A stretch of DNA of 64,000 nt from the IMG/VR virus record IMGVR_UViG_3300023110_000006; one strand, 5' to 3'. Position 1 is the first letter of the stretch. The number at the start of each line of letters is the position of its first letter. Under the pieces are notes generated by a model, which ran no database searches, was not told where the DNA came from, and worked only from the letters and a program-made list of their open reading frames with translations. Positions 1 through 9,690 of this stretch are shown here, one piece after another. The position numbers were made by a program, and so were the translations under genes. This DNA is from a virus.

Positions 1-389
1 AAAAACGTATCACAATATACATGTTTAACATGTTGCGTATCGTCGAGTAATTTGTTATTAGAAAAGAAATACACCTTCTTATCTATTGTTGTAGCAATTC
101 TGTCAACAACATTAATATAATCTAAATGTGCTTCGTGTATATCAAAAAATACAATTTTACAATAAGGCAAATCAGTTTCTTCTTTGTTTTGCTGTAAAAA
201 TTTTGTAATATTATTTTCCCATACAGAAGTTCTAAACCTTAACAAAGGCATGAATATTGGAATGATAAATGGTTTAACTGCGTCTTTAATAACTATATTA
301 TTAACATATGGTCCAATGATTTCATTTATAGTTTTTTCGTTAATGTAGTTATTATACTGGCAATCGTCTATTATTTTTAAATTAATCAT
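1..389 (-). CDS. hypothetical protein, runs off the left edge (partial)
   Basis: ATG at 389 overlaps the stop of the upstream ORF. The frame MINLKIIDDCQYNNYINEK... stays open to position 1. Not in the ORF track. Confidence 0.7.
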   Translation of the reverse strand, partial: MINLKIIDDCQYNNYINEKTINEIIGPYVNNIVIKDAVKPFIIPIFMPLLRFRTSVWENNITKFLQQNKEETDLPYCKIVFFDIHEAHLDYINVVDRIATTIDKKVYFFSNNKLLDDTQHVKHVYCDTF

Positions 390-606
390 CTAGTACTAGT
401 GTTACATCTTTCCCTGGTCCTGTTTTACTAGGCAAATCTCCGTATTGATTTACATACCAGTCTATTACAGCTTTATACCAATTTTGACTATTGTGATGTG
501 CCTGTTTATTAAATTGGTATATATTATTGTTAGTAGCTTCCATTGTGCTTAAGGCTCTTGCACTTTCTTTTTGTAATTCTCTAATTGACATTTTACTTGT
601 ATCCAA
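382..606 (-). CDS. hypothetical protein (74 aa)
   Basis: ORF overlaps both neighbours on the same strand. Confidence 0.75.
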   Translation of the reverse strand: MDTSKMSIRELQKESARALSTMEATNNNIYQFNKQAHHNSQNWYKAVIDWYVNQYGDLPSKTGPGKDVTLVLDD

Positions 607-3600
607 TTTTCATAAACCTCCTGTACTCCCCAAGTTCTAATTGTCCTTCATATAACACACGTTCCATAGGAGCACTTTCACTAAATTCTTGTAGATCTTT
701 ACTACAGTTTACGTGTTCTGCAATTGAAAAATAATCATTACTTTGTAGTACAATTAATTTATTTACAGGTAATTTTGCATACCATTTGTCAAAGTCTTTT
801 ATGTGTTCACAACTTGTATTAATAATTGTATGAGGTTGATCTACAATTTTTATTAATGTTCCGTCTGATTTTAAAGTTTCGAATTCATAATTTTCATAAT
901 CTATTTCATGAATATCTGCAACAGTACCTTTAAATTTCCAATCGTCATTGACTAAATCTTTATTCCAAATTTCGCTTATTTGTATTGCGCTAGGATCAAT
1001 ATCAAAATTTCTAAACTTTTGAAACTTTAATTTTCTTTCTTGGAACATAGGAACTATTGTGCCATACCAACCTGCACATAAAAACACTACGCCTAAATAT
1101 TCATCTAGTTTTTCTAATCTATCTACCAACCATTTTTTACTTTTTAATTGTCCTCTACTTAAACAATCTTTATCATATTCTACATTATTAGTGTGTAATG
1201 TACGCAATGGTTTAATCAATTTGCTTTCTGTATATTTTTCTAATATATTCCAAAGTTTATCATAATTATTATCCATAGCTAATAAAACTTCGTCTTTGAT
1301 ACTTGGTTCTAATTTTTTCAATGCCCAAATATTATTGTCAAAAGCAACTGATTTTAAATTTTCAACAGTTTCATCTTTTTCTAACAATCTATACAAAGAA
1401 TGTTCATTATCAGATACTAATATTTTACGCAAATCGTCATGGCCATTTATAAATTTAAAAATGTCGTTTGGATTTTTGCTAACAACAGCTTGTCTTAGGT
1501 CATAATAATTATCGCCCAAGTATCTAAATATACTGTGAATGTTTTCATCGGTCACTGCTTTGCGTAATTCTTCGTAGTCTAAACCGATTACTCTAAATAG
1601 GGCATGTAAGTTTTGTTCTAGTACCGCCTTGCGTAGGTCTTCAAACTCATTACCAAGCAGTCTAAATAGACTGTGAATATTTTTTTCTGTTACTGCTTTG
1701 CGTAATTCTTCATGCTCATCACCTAGCAGTCTAAAAATGCTGTGCAAATTTTCTTCAGTTACACTTTTACGCAAATCTTCATAATCTTCACCTAGTAACC
1801 TAAATAAACTGTGTAAGTTTTTTTCTAAAAATACTTTACGTAATTCGTCTACATCATGTCCTTTAGTTTCTAAGTATCTAAACATACTGTGATAATTTTT
1901 CTCACTTATATATTTGCGAAGATTTTCATCACCTATAATTTTTAGCAAATCAAGTATATGTCCGTCATTATAAAAGCGTCTAATATTTGCAAGTTTTTCA
2001 CCATACAAAATTTCAAATCTATCTAAAATATCAACAATATCATTATCTCTGTCAGATAAAACAACTTGGCGTGTAGCTTGCACGGCCTCTATTTTTTTAG
2101 GTTGTTGTATAACTGGTGCATCTACTGAAACTATTTTTTGTACCTTTTCATCTGGGTAGTCATGCTGGAATTTTTCCATTAACCAATCAAAATCGTTTAT
2201 CTTACGGAGTGCATCTTTGTTATCTTTGTTTGCTTCGCCATAATCTTTACCTGCTCTTGCTCCCGCTAGTGCATAACTACCATATTTGTGTCCTAAATCT
2301 ACGTTACACCAAATATGTAAACGTTCTTCTGTTTCGTCATTTTTTTGTCTGTTAATTACTTTAGATGATAGTTTGCAACATTCTCTAAATGCACTTTTCC
2401 AAGTGTTGAAAGGACTTGTATCAAATGCTGTGGTATTAGAAATTACATCCATTTTTACAAATCTGTTACTTATACTTGTTGTCATATCAGGAGTGTTAAC
2501 GTCCATATCTCTTGTCATTTGAGTAGGGAATAATTTCAATCCACCATAACCGTATTGCATTCCGTTTACAGGATTAACACTTCTCCACACATGGACAGCT
2601 TTAGTATCTTTTGCAATATAATCAAAATTAAAATCAGATTCTAGTACAGCATCTCCGTCAACAATCCAAAACATTTCAGTTGTGCATAGATTTGCGGCCG
2701 CTACATGAGCTTGGTGTATTCCTTTTACTCCGTGTATTCTCTGTGCTCTTGGAAATTTTTTCTTGAGAGCTTCATAATTTTCATTAGCATTTTCTTCGTT
2801 ATAGCTAATCATTACGATATCGTATACATTGTTTTGCTCAATTGGTGCAGGACTTACATTTCCTAACTTGTTACTAATTAAATGATGCACAGGTCTGGCA
2901 GGATTTTTGTAAGTAGTTTTGTAAAAGGCACTTTGCTGTTCGTCAAAAGGAACAACAGGAATAGGAATATCTAAATCAAAACGTAGTGTTTCACCCAAGC
3001 CTTGGATTTCGTAAGGAAGCATTTTTTCTGTAATTTGACTATATTCGTCATTCCAAATTTTATTAAGATATTCAAAATCACGTACATTTACATAATCCCA
3101 ATCAGTACACATAGTTTTGTACATGCCTTCTCTAGCACCATATATTGCCCACATTCCGTTTTTGACATCAGCACCAACTGTACTCCATACATATAGTCGT
3201 TCTAAATTTTTCCAATGATTATGTATTAAATCTTTAGCTTTAGGCTTATTACCTTCTATTAGACACATTTTTACGCCTTCACGGAAACCTGCTCTCCACG
3301 CTTGATGCGGAGTTGCATTATTATGAATAGTACTCATAAGTTCACTTACTTGAACATATTCTAAATCCCAACAAAAGTCTATACCAGCCGCTGTGTTGCC
3401 AGGATCTGCGTTTTCATGCGTTTTCATACGTAAAACAGTTTCTTTATCCCAACATTTAATTCCTCCATTGCCATATTGCAATCCGTTAATTAAATTATCA
3501 GCAGTCCAACTAATAACATGACGGGACAAATCAACACCAGGTTGGAAAGAAATAACTTGATTCAAGAAATTTGGATTAATTTTGTTATCACCGTCAACTG

Positions 3601-3784
3601 TAACAAATCTATAAGTATCACTTATTTCTGCACAGGCTTTATGAGCCGCATCTGAACCTTCAACACCATGCACACGTTTTGCCCAAGGCACTTTTGTTAA
3701 CAAATCAGCATAATTTTCTTCTGCGTTTGGTTCATCATAGCTTAGATAAATGATATCAAAGTCAATTATTTTATACGTTGTCAT
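593..3784 (-). CDS. multidomain protein: two GT-A-like glycosyltransferase domains, 23-aa helical repeats, C-terminal class I SAM-dependent methyltransferase-like domain
   Basis: Internal duplication (DIIYLSYDEPNAEENY / DIVMISYNEENANENY; VTVDGD / WIVDGD DxD motifs; AWRAGFREGVK / TWKSAFRECCK). C-terminal VFLCAGWYG, FDID and INTSCEH motifs. Confidence 0.65.
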   Translation of the reverse strand: MTTYKIIDFDIIYLSYDEPNAEENYADLLTKVPWAKRVHGVEGSDAAHKACAEISDTYRFVTVDGDNKINPNFLNQVISFQPGVDLSRHVISWTADNLINGLQYGNGGIKCWDKETVLRMKTHENADPGNTAAGIDFCWDLEYVQVSELMSTIHNNATPHQAWRAGFREGVKMCLIEGNKPKAKDLIHNHWKNLERLYVWSTVGADVKNGMWAIYGAREGMYKTMCTDWDYVNVRDFEYLNKIWNDEYSQITEKMLPYEIQGLGETLRFDLDIPIPVVPFDEQQSAFYKTTYKNPARPVHHLISNKLGNVSPAPIEQNNVYDIVMISYNEENANENYEALKKKFPRAQRIHGVKGIHQAHVAAANLCTTEMFWIVDGDAVLESDFNFDYIAKDTKAVHVWRSVNPVNGMQYGYGGLKLFPTQMTRDMDVNTPDMTTSISNRFVKMDVISNTTAFDTSPFNTWKSAFRECCKLSSKVINRQKNDETEERLHIWCNVDLGHKYGSYALAGARAGKDYGEANKDNKDALRKINDFDWLMEKFQHDYPDEKVQKIVSVDAPVIQQPKKIEAVQATRQVVLSDRDNDIVDILDRFEILYGEKLANIRRFYNDGHILDLLKIIGDENLRKYISEKNYHSMFRYLETKGHDVDELRKVFLEKNLHSLFRLLGEDYEDLRKSVTEENLHSIFRLLGDEHEELRKAVTEKNIHSLFRLLGNEFEDLRKAVLEQNLHALFRVIGLDYEELRKAVTDENIHSIFRYLGDNYYDLRQAVVSKNPNDIFKFINGHDDLRKILVSDNEHSLYRLLEKDETVENLKSVAFDNNIWALKKLEPSIKDEVLLAMDNNYDKLWNILEKYTESKLIKPLRTLHTNNVEYDKDCLSRGQLKSKKWLVDRLEKLDEYLGVVFLCAGWYGTIVPMFQERKLKFQKFRNFDIDPSAIQISEIWNKDLVNDDWKFKGTVADIHEIDYENYEFETLKSDGTLIKIVDQPHTIINTSCEHIKDFDKWYAKLPVNKLIVLQSNDYFSIAEHVNCSKDLQEFSESAPMERVLYEGQLELGEYRRFMKIGYK
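1400..1900 (-). repeat. about 7-8 degenerate in-frame 69-bp (23-aa) tandem repeats, consensus NLHSLFRLLGxDYEDLRKAVTEE
   Basis: Visible in the protein. DNA units recur about every 69 bp (near 1535, 1602, 1671, 1740, 1809). Confidence 0.9.
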
Positions 3785-4298
3785 TAATTACCCCATACGA
3801 ATCAAAAATTTTAGGTGTGTATATACTTACATCTTCCTTTTCATCATCATCTATAAAGCTGACTTGGTGCTTATTTGTTATTTGTTCTACTGTTGCTTCA
3901 AATGTTCTTATCAAATAGTGAGGATCGTGTTTTTTTGTTACACTAAATTTACAAAGTCTATGCGGATGTAATAAAATTTCATCTTCTTTTGTAACATTAA
4001 TACTCACTACATAACCATTTTGATTTTTTGTAATTAAACATTGACTATTTTTGTCACTTGTTGCTTCAACAAATATTTCTCTAACATCAAATACTGTTTT
4101 TTCATCCTTGTAAGGAACTAGCACATAATCTTTTTTTGTTACACTGTATTTTACAATATAGTTTTTCCTTTCAGACGCTTTAGTCCTAAATTTTACAAAT
4201 GTATCTTCATCTATTTCAAAAATATTTTCTTCGTCAGGCTTAACATTTGACAGTCCTGTAATTTGTCCGGTAGCTTTATCAAATTTACACCAATACAT
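3771..4298 (-). CDS. hypothetical protein (175 aa)
   Basis: ORF overlaps both neighbours in the operon. Confidence 0.8.
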   Translation of the reverse strand: MYWCKFDKATGQITGLSNVKPDEENIFEIDEDTFVKFRTKASERKNYIVKYSVTKKDYVLVPYKDEKTVFDVREIFVEATSDKNSQCLITKNQNGYVVSINVTKEDEILLHPHRLCKFSVTKKHDPHYLIRTFEATVEQITNKHQVSFIDDDEKEDVSIYTPKIFDSYGVINDNV

Positions 4299-5088
4299 CG
4301 TTATATCTTTCTAAAATCTTATCACAAAAATCTTTTTCAGTGTAATGAAATATTCCATGTTGGGTATAATTGCCAATTTTTAGTCTATCTTTCATATACC
4401 AATTTACTTTTTGTTGCCAACTATCATTTGTGTACACCCAATTTTGGGCATGTAGCTTCATGTGTACAAAAGGTACCACATCTGTGTTTTGCTGTACATT
4501 ATATCCAACTATTAAACAAGCAATAGCAGAACATACATCTACACTAACATGATTTGGTTTGTTTTGATAGCAAAATATTGTATAGAAATCCTTCCAATTT
4601 TCCATAACAAGTTCAAGTGTTAAAAAATATTGTTCAACATTTTCATCTTTTCGGAAATAATACATACCCATATAAATGTTAGGTAAATTGTTGTACATAA
4701 ATGCTTTTCTATAGTATGTTTCATTTATATCTTCGCCTCTATAAGTTATTGGATTTTGTGTAAAATACAAATTTGTGTTAAATTTATTCCAATTAATTTT
4801 ATCTAGTATTAAAGTATCACTGTCTAATACAATAGTTTCGTCATAGGGCGTAAGCTCATATGCTTTATATCTGTTTTCTATTTTCCAATCACTGTCTTGT
4901 GCTTTATCTTTTTCTAAATATATTACATTATCAAAGACATTGTAGTATGTTTTTGGTACTTCGTTATCAGTTACAAGCGTAAAATTTTTATTTCCGCTGT
5001 GTATACCACTTAATGCACAAAGGTATGCTTGCTTTACATAATCGTCTTGATCATTATTCTGTGCAAAAATTAAAAATCCTCTACTCAT
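4285..5088 (-). CDS. GT-A fold glycosyltransferase-like protein
   Basis: TPYDETIVLDSD DxD motif. Paralog of the next gene (SRGFLIFAQNN / TKGVLVFARNN). Confidence 0.65.
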   Translation of the reverse strand: MSRGFLIFAQNNDQDDYVKQAYLCALSGIHSGNKNFTLVTDNEVPKTYYNVFDNVIYLEKDKAQDSDWKIENRYKAYELTPYDETIVLDSDTLILDKINWNKFNTNLYFTQNPITYRGEDINETYYRKAFMYNNLPNIYMGMYYFRKDENVEQYFLTLELVMENWKDFYTIFCYQNKPNHVSVDVCSAIACLIVGYNVQQNTDVVPFVHMKLHAQNWVYTNDSWQQKVNWYMKDRLKIGNYTQHGIFHYTEKDFCDKILERYNDVLV

Positions 5089-5891
5089 AATACATCCTGT
5101 AAGCTAAATTTATTCATCGCATGTACTGTTATACCTTTTGTACGCAAAGGTGTAAACAAATTAGTGTCTGGATTTTCTAAAAGAAACATACAACTATCAT
5201 CTTTTATGTTTAACAATACATCTTTATCTGTTGTATAATATAATTTTCCTGGCATTGCACCTGCAAACGTACCTTTTTGATGTCCGTTCATAATATGTAT
5301 AGCAATACTAAATGCAAAATCATTTCTAAATGTTTGACTTTGAATATTGTAAAGCAATCTATAATGATTGTAATGATCTTCAATGTGTTTTATTAAATTA
5401 AAAAATATTTTATTAGTTTTTGTTTTCCTAAAAAACAAACAAGTTGCCCAATAAAAGTCTACACTGCTGTCATTAATTTTATCAAACTCATGATAATTTC
5501 TTAATTGTCCTAAATCATAAGAATCTTTATAACATAAAAAGTCTTCTTGTTGTTCAAAACAATTTAGGTATGTTTTATCACAAATCAAAATATCGCTATC
5601 TAGTACAATAGTTTCATCGTAGGGAGATAAGTCATAGGACATTGACCTTCTACTATTTTTAAATGTTAAAACAGTTGAAGATATACCATTATTATATCCT
5701 TTACTAGTGTATTGATATTCTTTTGTTTCAACAATAATATTGTCAAATGTATCATCATCTAGTTCTTTATCAGTAACTAGTGTTGTAGGTAAATCTAAAT
5801 ATTGCTTGGCACGTTTTGCGAGAAACTTAGCTTGTTTAATATAATCTATAGATTCATTATTACGTGCAAAGACTAAAACTCCTTTAGTCAC
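5085..5891 (-). CDS. GT-A fold glycosyltransferase-like protein (start revised to GTG at 5891)
   Basis: SPYDETIVLDSD, FRNDFAFS. The GTG has a GAGG Shine-Dalgarno and gives MTKGVLVFA, matching the paralog's N-terminus. Confidence 0.65.
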   Translation of the reverse strand: MTKGVLVFARNNESIDYIKQAKFLAKRAKQYLDLPTTLVTDKELDDDTFDNIIVETKEYQYTSKGYNNGISSTVLTFKNSRRSMSYDLSPYDETIVLDSDILICDKTYLNCFEQQEDFLCYKDSYDLGQLRNYHEFDKINDSSVDFYWATCLFFRKTKTNKIFFNLIKHIEDHYNHYRLLYNIQSQTFRNDFAFSIAIHIMNGHQKGTFAGAMPGKLYYTTDKDVLLNIKDDSCMFLLENPDTNLFTPLRTKGITVHAMNKFSLQDVL

Positions 5892-6216
5892 CGAACAAAT
5901 CCTCAACTTTTCTGTTTTTACAAAGTTTTTTATATTCTTTGTAGTAAGACTCTTTTGCAATATTATATTGATTTTTTATATGATCATAAAAATCATCACC
6001 ATTCAGTTCTATAGGAATATTATTGCTGTCCACAATAATAGTCAAATCCTTATTTGCTGAAGCATAATTTATAAGAGAAATATCAATAGAAAATGTTCCG
6101 CCTGCATAATAGCAAACACAATCATTTTTAAACTTTTCTAGTAATATTCTTTTTTGATCTTGAAATGCTTTGACAAATTCTGCACGTTCTAGTGCGGCTG
6201 AAAGTCTTTCATCCAT
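5884..6216 (-). CDS. phage hypothetical protein (110 aa)
   Basis: GGAG RBS; first gene after the sigma70 promoter. Confidence 0.8.
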   Translation of the reverse strand: MDERLSAALERAEFVKAFQDQKRILLEKFKNDCVCYYAGGTFSIDISLINYASANKDLTIIVDSNNIPIELNGDDFYDHIKNQYNIAKESYYKEYKKLCKNRKVEDLFGD

Positions 6217-6239
6217 AAACTACTCCATATTATAGACAT

Positions 6240-6268
6240 ATTATATGTTCTTTTAGGAGATTTGTCAA
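6240..6268 (-). promoter_or_regulatory. consensus sigma70 promoter TTGACA-N17-TATAAT driving the glycosyltransferase cluster
   Basis: Forward tgtcaa at 6263-6268 and attata at 6240-6245, with a 17-nt spacer. Confidence 0.85.
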
Positions 6269-6271
6269 GTA

Positions 6272-7216
6272 TTAACTGCCTGCAAAATTGCTGTGTCTTA
6301 CGATTGTAGGAGCATTTACATCTACATAAACACCACTTGCACGTACAAATCCTATTTGATGTGTAAGATTACCTTGTACGTATTCATCAATAGGTACAAC
6401 ACCTTTAGCAGTGCTTGTACTACCAGTATCAGCTTCATTCATCCATATACGGAATTCTATTACAGTAGCACTAATATTTCTTGCCCTAATGTAATAGTTG
6501 TTATCTGCGTAAACACCACTTCCTGTTTTACGGTAAAGTTGTTGTTCACTATTTGTAAGTTGATAATTTCCTATTGCTGATCCTGTACCACTGTTGTCAC
6601 TTGCTGTACTATTATAGTTAAAACTTACTGTACCAGAATTACTCAACATTGTTGCCCAGTCATTAGTTTTGTTAATGTTTCCACCTGATGCTGTACTAAC
6701 AAGATTTACTTCAAATGTTATGCTACCGCCACTGTTAAAAAAGTGTCTACGTGTATCTTCACTTGTGAACGTAGCTCTGTAATATCCATTTAGGTTTGTA
6801 TTCCATTGAGCTGTACGGGTTAGAGTTGCTACATTATTATTAGAAGTACTTTGTGTAGGATGAAGTGCAAATCTTTGAGGATCTGCTTCAACAAGTGCCA
6901 TAAAATCTATATAGTCTTGCCATCCTTTAAGTACGCCGTTAGGATTATCACTTGTGTCCCATGCAATTAAATCTTCAACAGCAGGAATCGCCAAAGAACC
7001 TGCAGGAGATGAATTAGCTTGGTGTCTATAAATTTTGTCAAAATCTGTGTATAGTGCGTTTAGATCATTGGCATAAATTATATCGTCTACAGCAACATTA
7101 TTACTTGCTGTAGTTTCGCCATATCCTTCGGTGCCGCTACCATTTCCTAAGATAGCTTCTACCCTATTTTGGACTGCATTATAATTGTTGGCTGTGATAA
7201 TATCACCGACTGCCAT
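6272..7216 (-). CDS. virion structural protein (tail/baseplate associated), paralog A
   Basis: Paralog of 7238..8146 (MAVGDIIT, GNGSGxEGYG, RRHFFNxGGS, SAIGNYxLT); tail module context. Confidence 0.65.
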   Translation of the reverse strand: MAVGDIITANNYNAVQNRVEAILGNGSGTEGYGETTASNNVAVDDIIYANDLNALYTDFDKIYRHQANSSPAGSLAIPAVEDLIAWDTSDNPNGVLKGWQDYIDFMALVEADPQRFALHPTQSTSNNNVATLTRTAQWNTNLNGYYRATFTSEDTRRHFFNSGGSITFEVNLVSTASGGNINKTNDWATMLSNSGTVSFNYNSTASDNSGTGSAIGNYQLTNSEQQLYRKTGSGVYADNNYYIRARNISATVIEFRIWMNEADTGSTSTAKGVVPIDEYVQGNLTHQIGFVRASGVYVDVNAPTIVRHSNFAGS

Positions 7217-7237
7217 ATTTTAATCTCCATACTTTGC

Positions 7238-8146
7238 CTATAAGGCATTAGTTATTGCAAAAGCAGGCAATGCAACATCTACATACAACCCGCTTGCTCT
7301 TACATATCCAACTTGTGCTTTTAGAACTCCTTGAACTGGTTCGTCAATTTTGTAACCACCAGGATTATGATCATAGTAGTAAAATCTAATAGCAATAGTT
7401 TTTGCATCAGGTGCTTTTGCTTCGATAATATAATTATTATTTCCGTAAACGCCTGTTGCACTTCTTCTGTAAATTTCTTGGTATGAAGTAGTTAAATCAT
7501 AATTTCCAATCGCAGATGGTGTACCTTGTCCAGTAGTGCTAGTTGTATCATAATTAATACTGACAGTGCCTGCTGTTGCAAGGATATTTGCCCAGTCTTG
7601 GCTTTTAGCAACACTATCACCTGAAACTGGTGTGTTACTTAATGCACTTATCATGGTTAAAGACCCGCCTGCATTAAAAAAATGCCTTCTATGATCTGCA
7701 TCATCAAATGTCATAGTAATTTCAGTATCAATTGGAGCTCTCCATTGATTTCTTCTTTCGGCAATTTTTGCGGCATTATCGTCACTACTTTGTGCAACTG
7801 CTAATTTAAATCTTTCTGCAGGTGATTCAATTACTGTAATAAAATCTTCATAGTCTGCAAACCCTTTTAAAACATCACCGTCACTTGTATCTTCTGCAAT
7901 GGTGTCACCAATTGCTACTGTTGCAATGCTGTTTGGCACTGCACCGATTTGATGTATTTTAATTTTATTAAGATCTGTAAAAAGATTGTTAATGTCTTGT
8001 GCAGTTACTCTTAAACCGCTTGATACTTGCTGGCTTGTTACTTCTTGTCCGTAACCTTCATTACCCGAACCGTTACCTAAAACTGCGGCAACTCTACCTT
8101 GAGCATTGTTGTATCTTGCAGATGTTATAATGTCGTTTACTGCCAT
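7238..8146 (-). CDS. virion structural protein, paralog B
   Basis: Same shared motifs as 6272..7216. Confidence 0.65.
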   Translation of the reverse strand: MAVNDIITSARYNNAQGRVAAVLGNGSGNEGYGQEVTSQQVSSGLRVTAQDINNLFTDLNKIKIHQIGAVPNSIATVAIGDTIAEDTSDGDVLKGFADYEDFITVIESPAERFKLAVAQSSDDNAAKIAERRNQWRAPIDTEITMTFDDADHRRHFFNAGGSLTMISALSNTPVSGDSVAKSQDWANILATAGTVSINYDTTSTTGQGTPSAIGNYDLTTSYQEIYRRSATGVYGNNNYIIEAKAPDAKTIAIRFYYYDHNPGGYKIDEPVQGVLKAQVGYVRASGLYVDVALPAFAITNAL

Positions 8147-8178
8147 TACTTCACTTCCTATTATGTGCGTGTTTTAAA

Positions 8179-8186
8179 TATTTATA
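8179..8186 (-). promoter_or_regulatory. T4-type late promoter TATAAATA
   Basis: Exact T4 late consensus upstream of the 8146 start; a gp55 homolog is in the window. Confidence 0.7.
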
Positions 8187-9660
8187 CTTTTAACACACAC
8201 TCGATTAACTTTTCGCCGTCGTCATTACTTGACTCTAGTGCAACTCCAACCAATCCATTACTTGAAATAGTAGAAGCAACACCATCCTGCCATGCGTAAA
8301 CAGCCTGTCCTTTAGATACAGGACCTGTTACTCTTACAGGAACACGACCTTTTAAAGCAATAGGGTGTCCATCTGATTCTGCATTCATTAAATATGCAGG
8401 TTTATCTGAAATAACTCCAATAGCAAAATCACTTACTTTTGCCGCTCTTGTTTCTGCTTCTCCTCCAACAGCCATTACTGTACCTACTGGATATTCTTTG
8501 TCTGTTGTGTATTTTTCTGCTAAATCAGCATACTGAGCTTGAATAGCAGTTCCTCTGAAAAAGTTTGCAAAAATATCACCTGAATTGTCTCTTAGTGCAG
8601 TAGTATTTGCTGTAGCACTAGTATCACCAGCATAAGATGCACTGTTGTATAAAATAGCAGTAGCTGATGTTGCATTTCCTCTTAAATTGTCAGCCCACAC
8701 ATCGCTCCATTTTGCTGTGCTTGAACCAAGTGTATATGTGCTTGTAGATCCAGGATTAATTCCTGTTGATTGTACAATAGCACTTGTAATTTGTGTACTG
8801 TTTGCGTTACTTGTTTTTAATTTTATTACATTGTTAACACCAACTTCGTTTGCAACCACACCTTGGTTACCGTTTTCAATGTATAAGTGTAAATCATTTT
8901 GATCACCTATAGTTATTCCGCTATCTGGAAAACGCACTGTTGTTGAAAATGTTGTTGGTTGTCCTGGAACTGTTTGCACAAAAGAACTTGCATCAATTCC
9001 GTTTAATTTTAATGCGTTACTTGAAGTACCCCAATAATAATGATTAGTAGTTGTAACACCGTTTGTTGCCGCTTGGGTGTTTACCAATGTTGTACCTTTT
9101 TTGATTACATCAAATCCAGTAATTGCGTTTGCAGGATCAGTTGAATCAATAGTAAATTCTTGTGAGCTAATTGTAAAAATAACTTCGTCATCGATGGTTG
9201 CGGCAATAATACTGTGGTTGACAGATTGCGTATCACGAACTGTACGTGATTGCATCTGTGTTAAACCTGTTCCTGTACCTTGCGGACCTACTAAAATAAA
9301 ACTACTTCCGTTATATGTGTAAAGTTGGTTGTTTCCTGAATCCCACCAAAAATCACCAGTAGTTAAACCTGTTGGTTGAGTAGTAGCAACTTCTGCGCCA
9401 CCTGTAGTTTTAAATTTACTACCATCATAAAATTTAATTTTATTTGTGGCTTGATCGTGCCATATTTGTCCGCTTACTGGTTTAGGTGGTTGAGATGTTC
9501 CGGAAAAATTTTCTAACAAAAACAAAAAGTTTTCGTTTTGTATTTCACCGTACCCAGCATAATTTTTACCAACAAACGTTAAATCTGTTGTTGTGTCTAT
9601 TGTACCATCTTGAACAACTACTAATGTTGCTCCGCTATATTTGTTTATCGTATATGCCAT
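8182..9660 (-). CDS. tail fibre protein with C-terminal intramolecular chaperone/autocleavage (peptidase G2-like) domain
   Basis: Shared N-terminal anchor domain; C-terminal YADLAEKY...GVISDKPAYLMN...IALKGRVPVRVTG. Confidence 0.7.
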   Translation of the reverse strand: MAYTINKYSGATLVVVQDGTIDTTTDLTFVGKNYAGYGEIQNENFLFLLENFSGTSQPPKPVSGQIWHDQATNKIKFYDGSKFKTTGGAEVATTQPTGLTTGDFWWDSGNNQLYTYNGSSFILVGPQGTGTGLTQMQSRTVRDTQSVNHSIIAATIDDEVIFTISSQEFTIDSTDPANAITGFDVIKKGTTLVNTQAATNGVTTTNHYYWGTSSNALKLNGIDASSFVQTVPGQPTTFSTTVRFPDSGITIGDQNDLHLYIENGNQGVVANEVGVNNVIKLKTSNANSTQITSAIVQSTGINPGSTSTYTLGSSTAKWSDVWADNLRGNATSATAILYNSASYAGDTSATANTTALRDNSGDIFANFFRGTAIQAQYADLAEKYTTDKEYPVGTVMAVGGEAETRAAKVSDFAIGVISDKPAYLMNAESDGHPIALKGRVPVRVTGPVSKGQAVYAWQDGVASTISSNGLVGVALESSNDDGEKLIECVLKV

Positions 9661-9690
9661 GTTTCAACCTTTACATTTAATATATTTATC

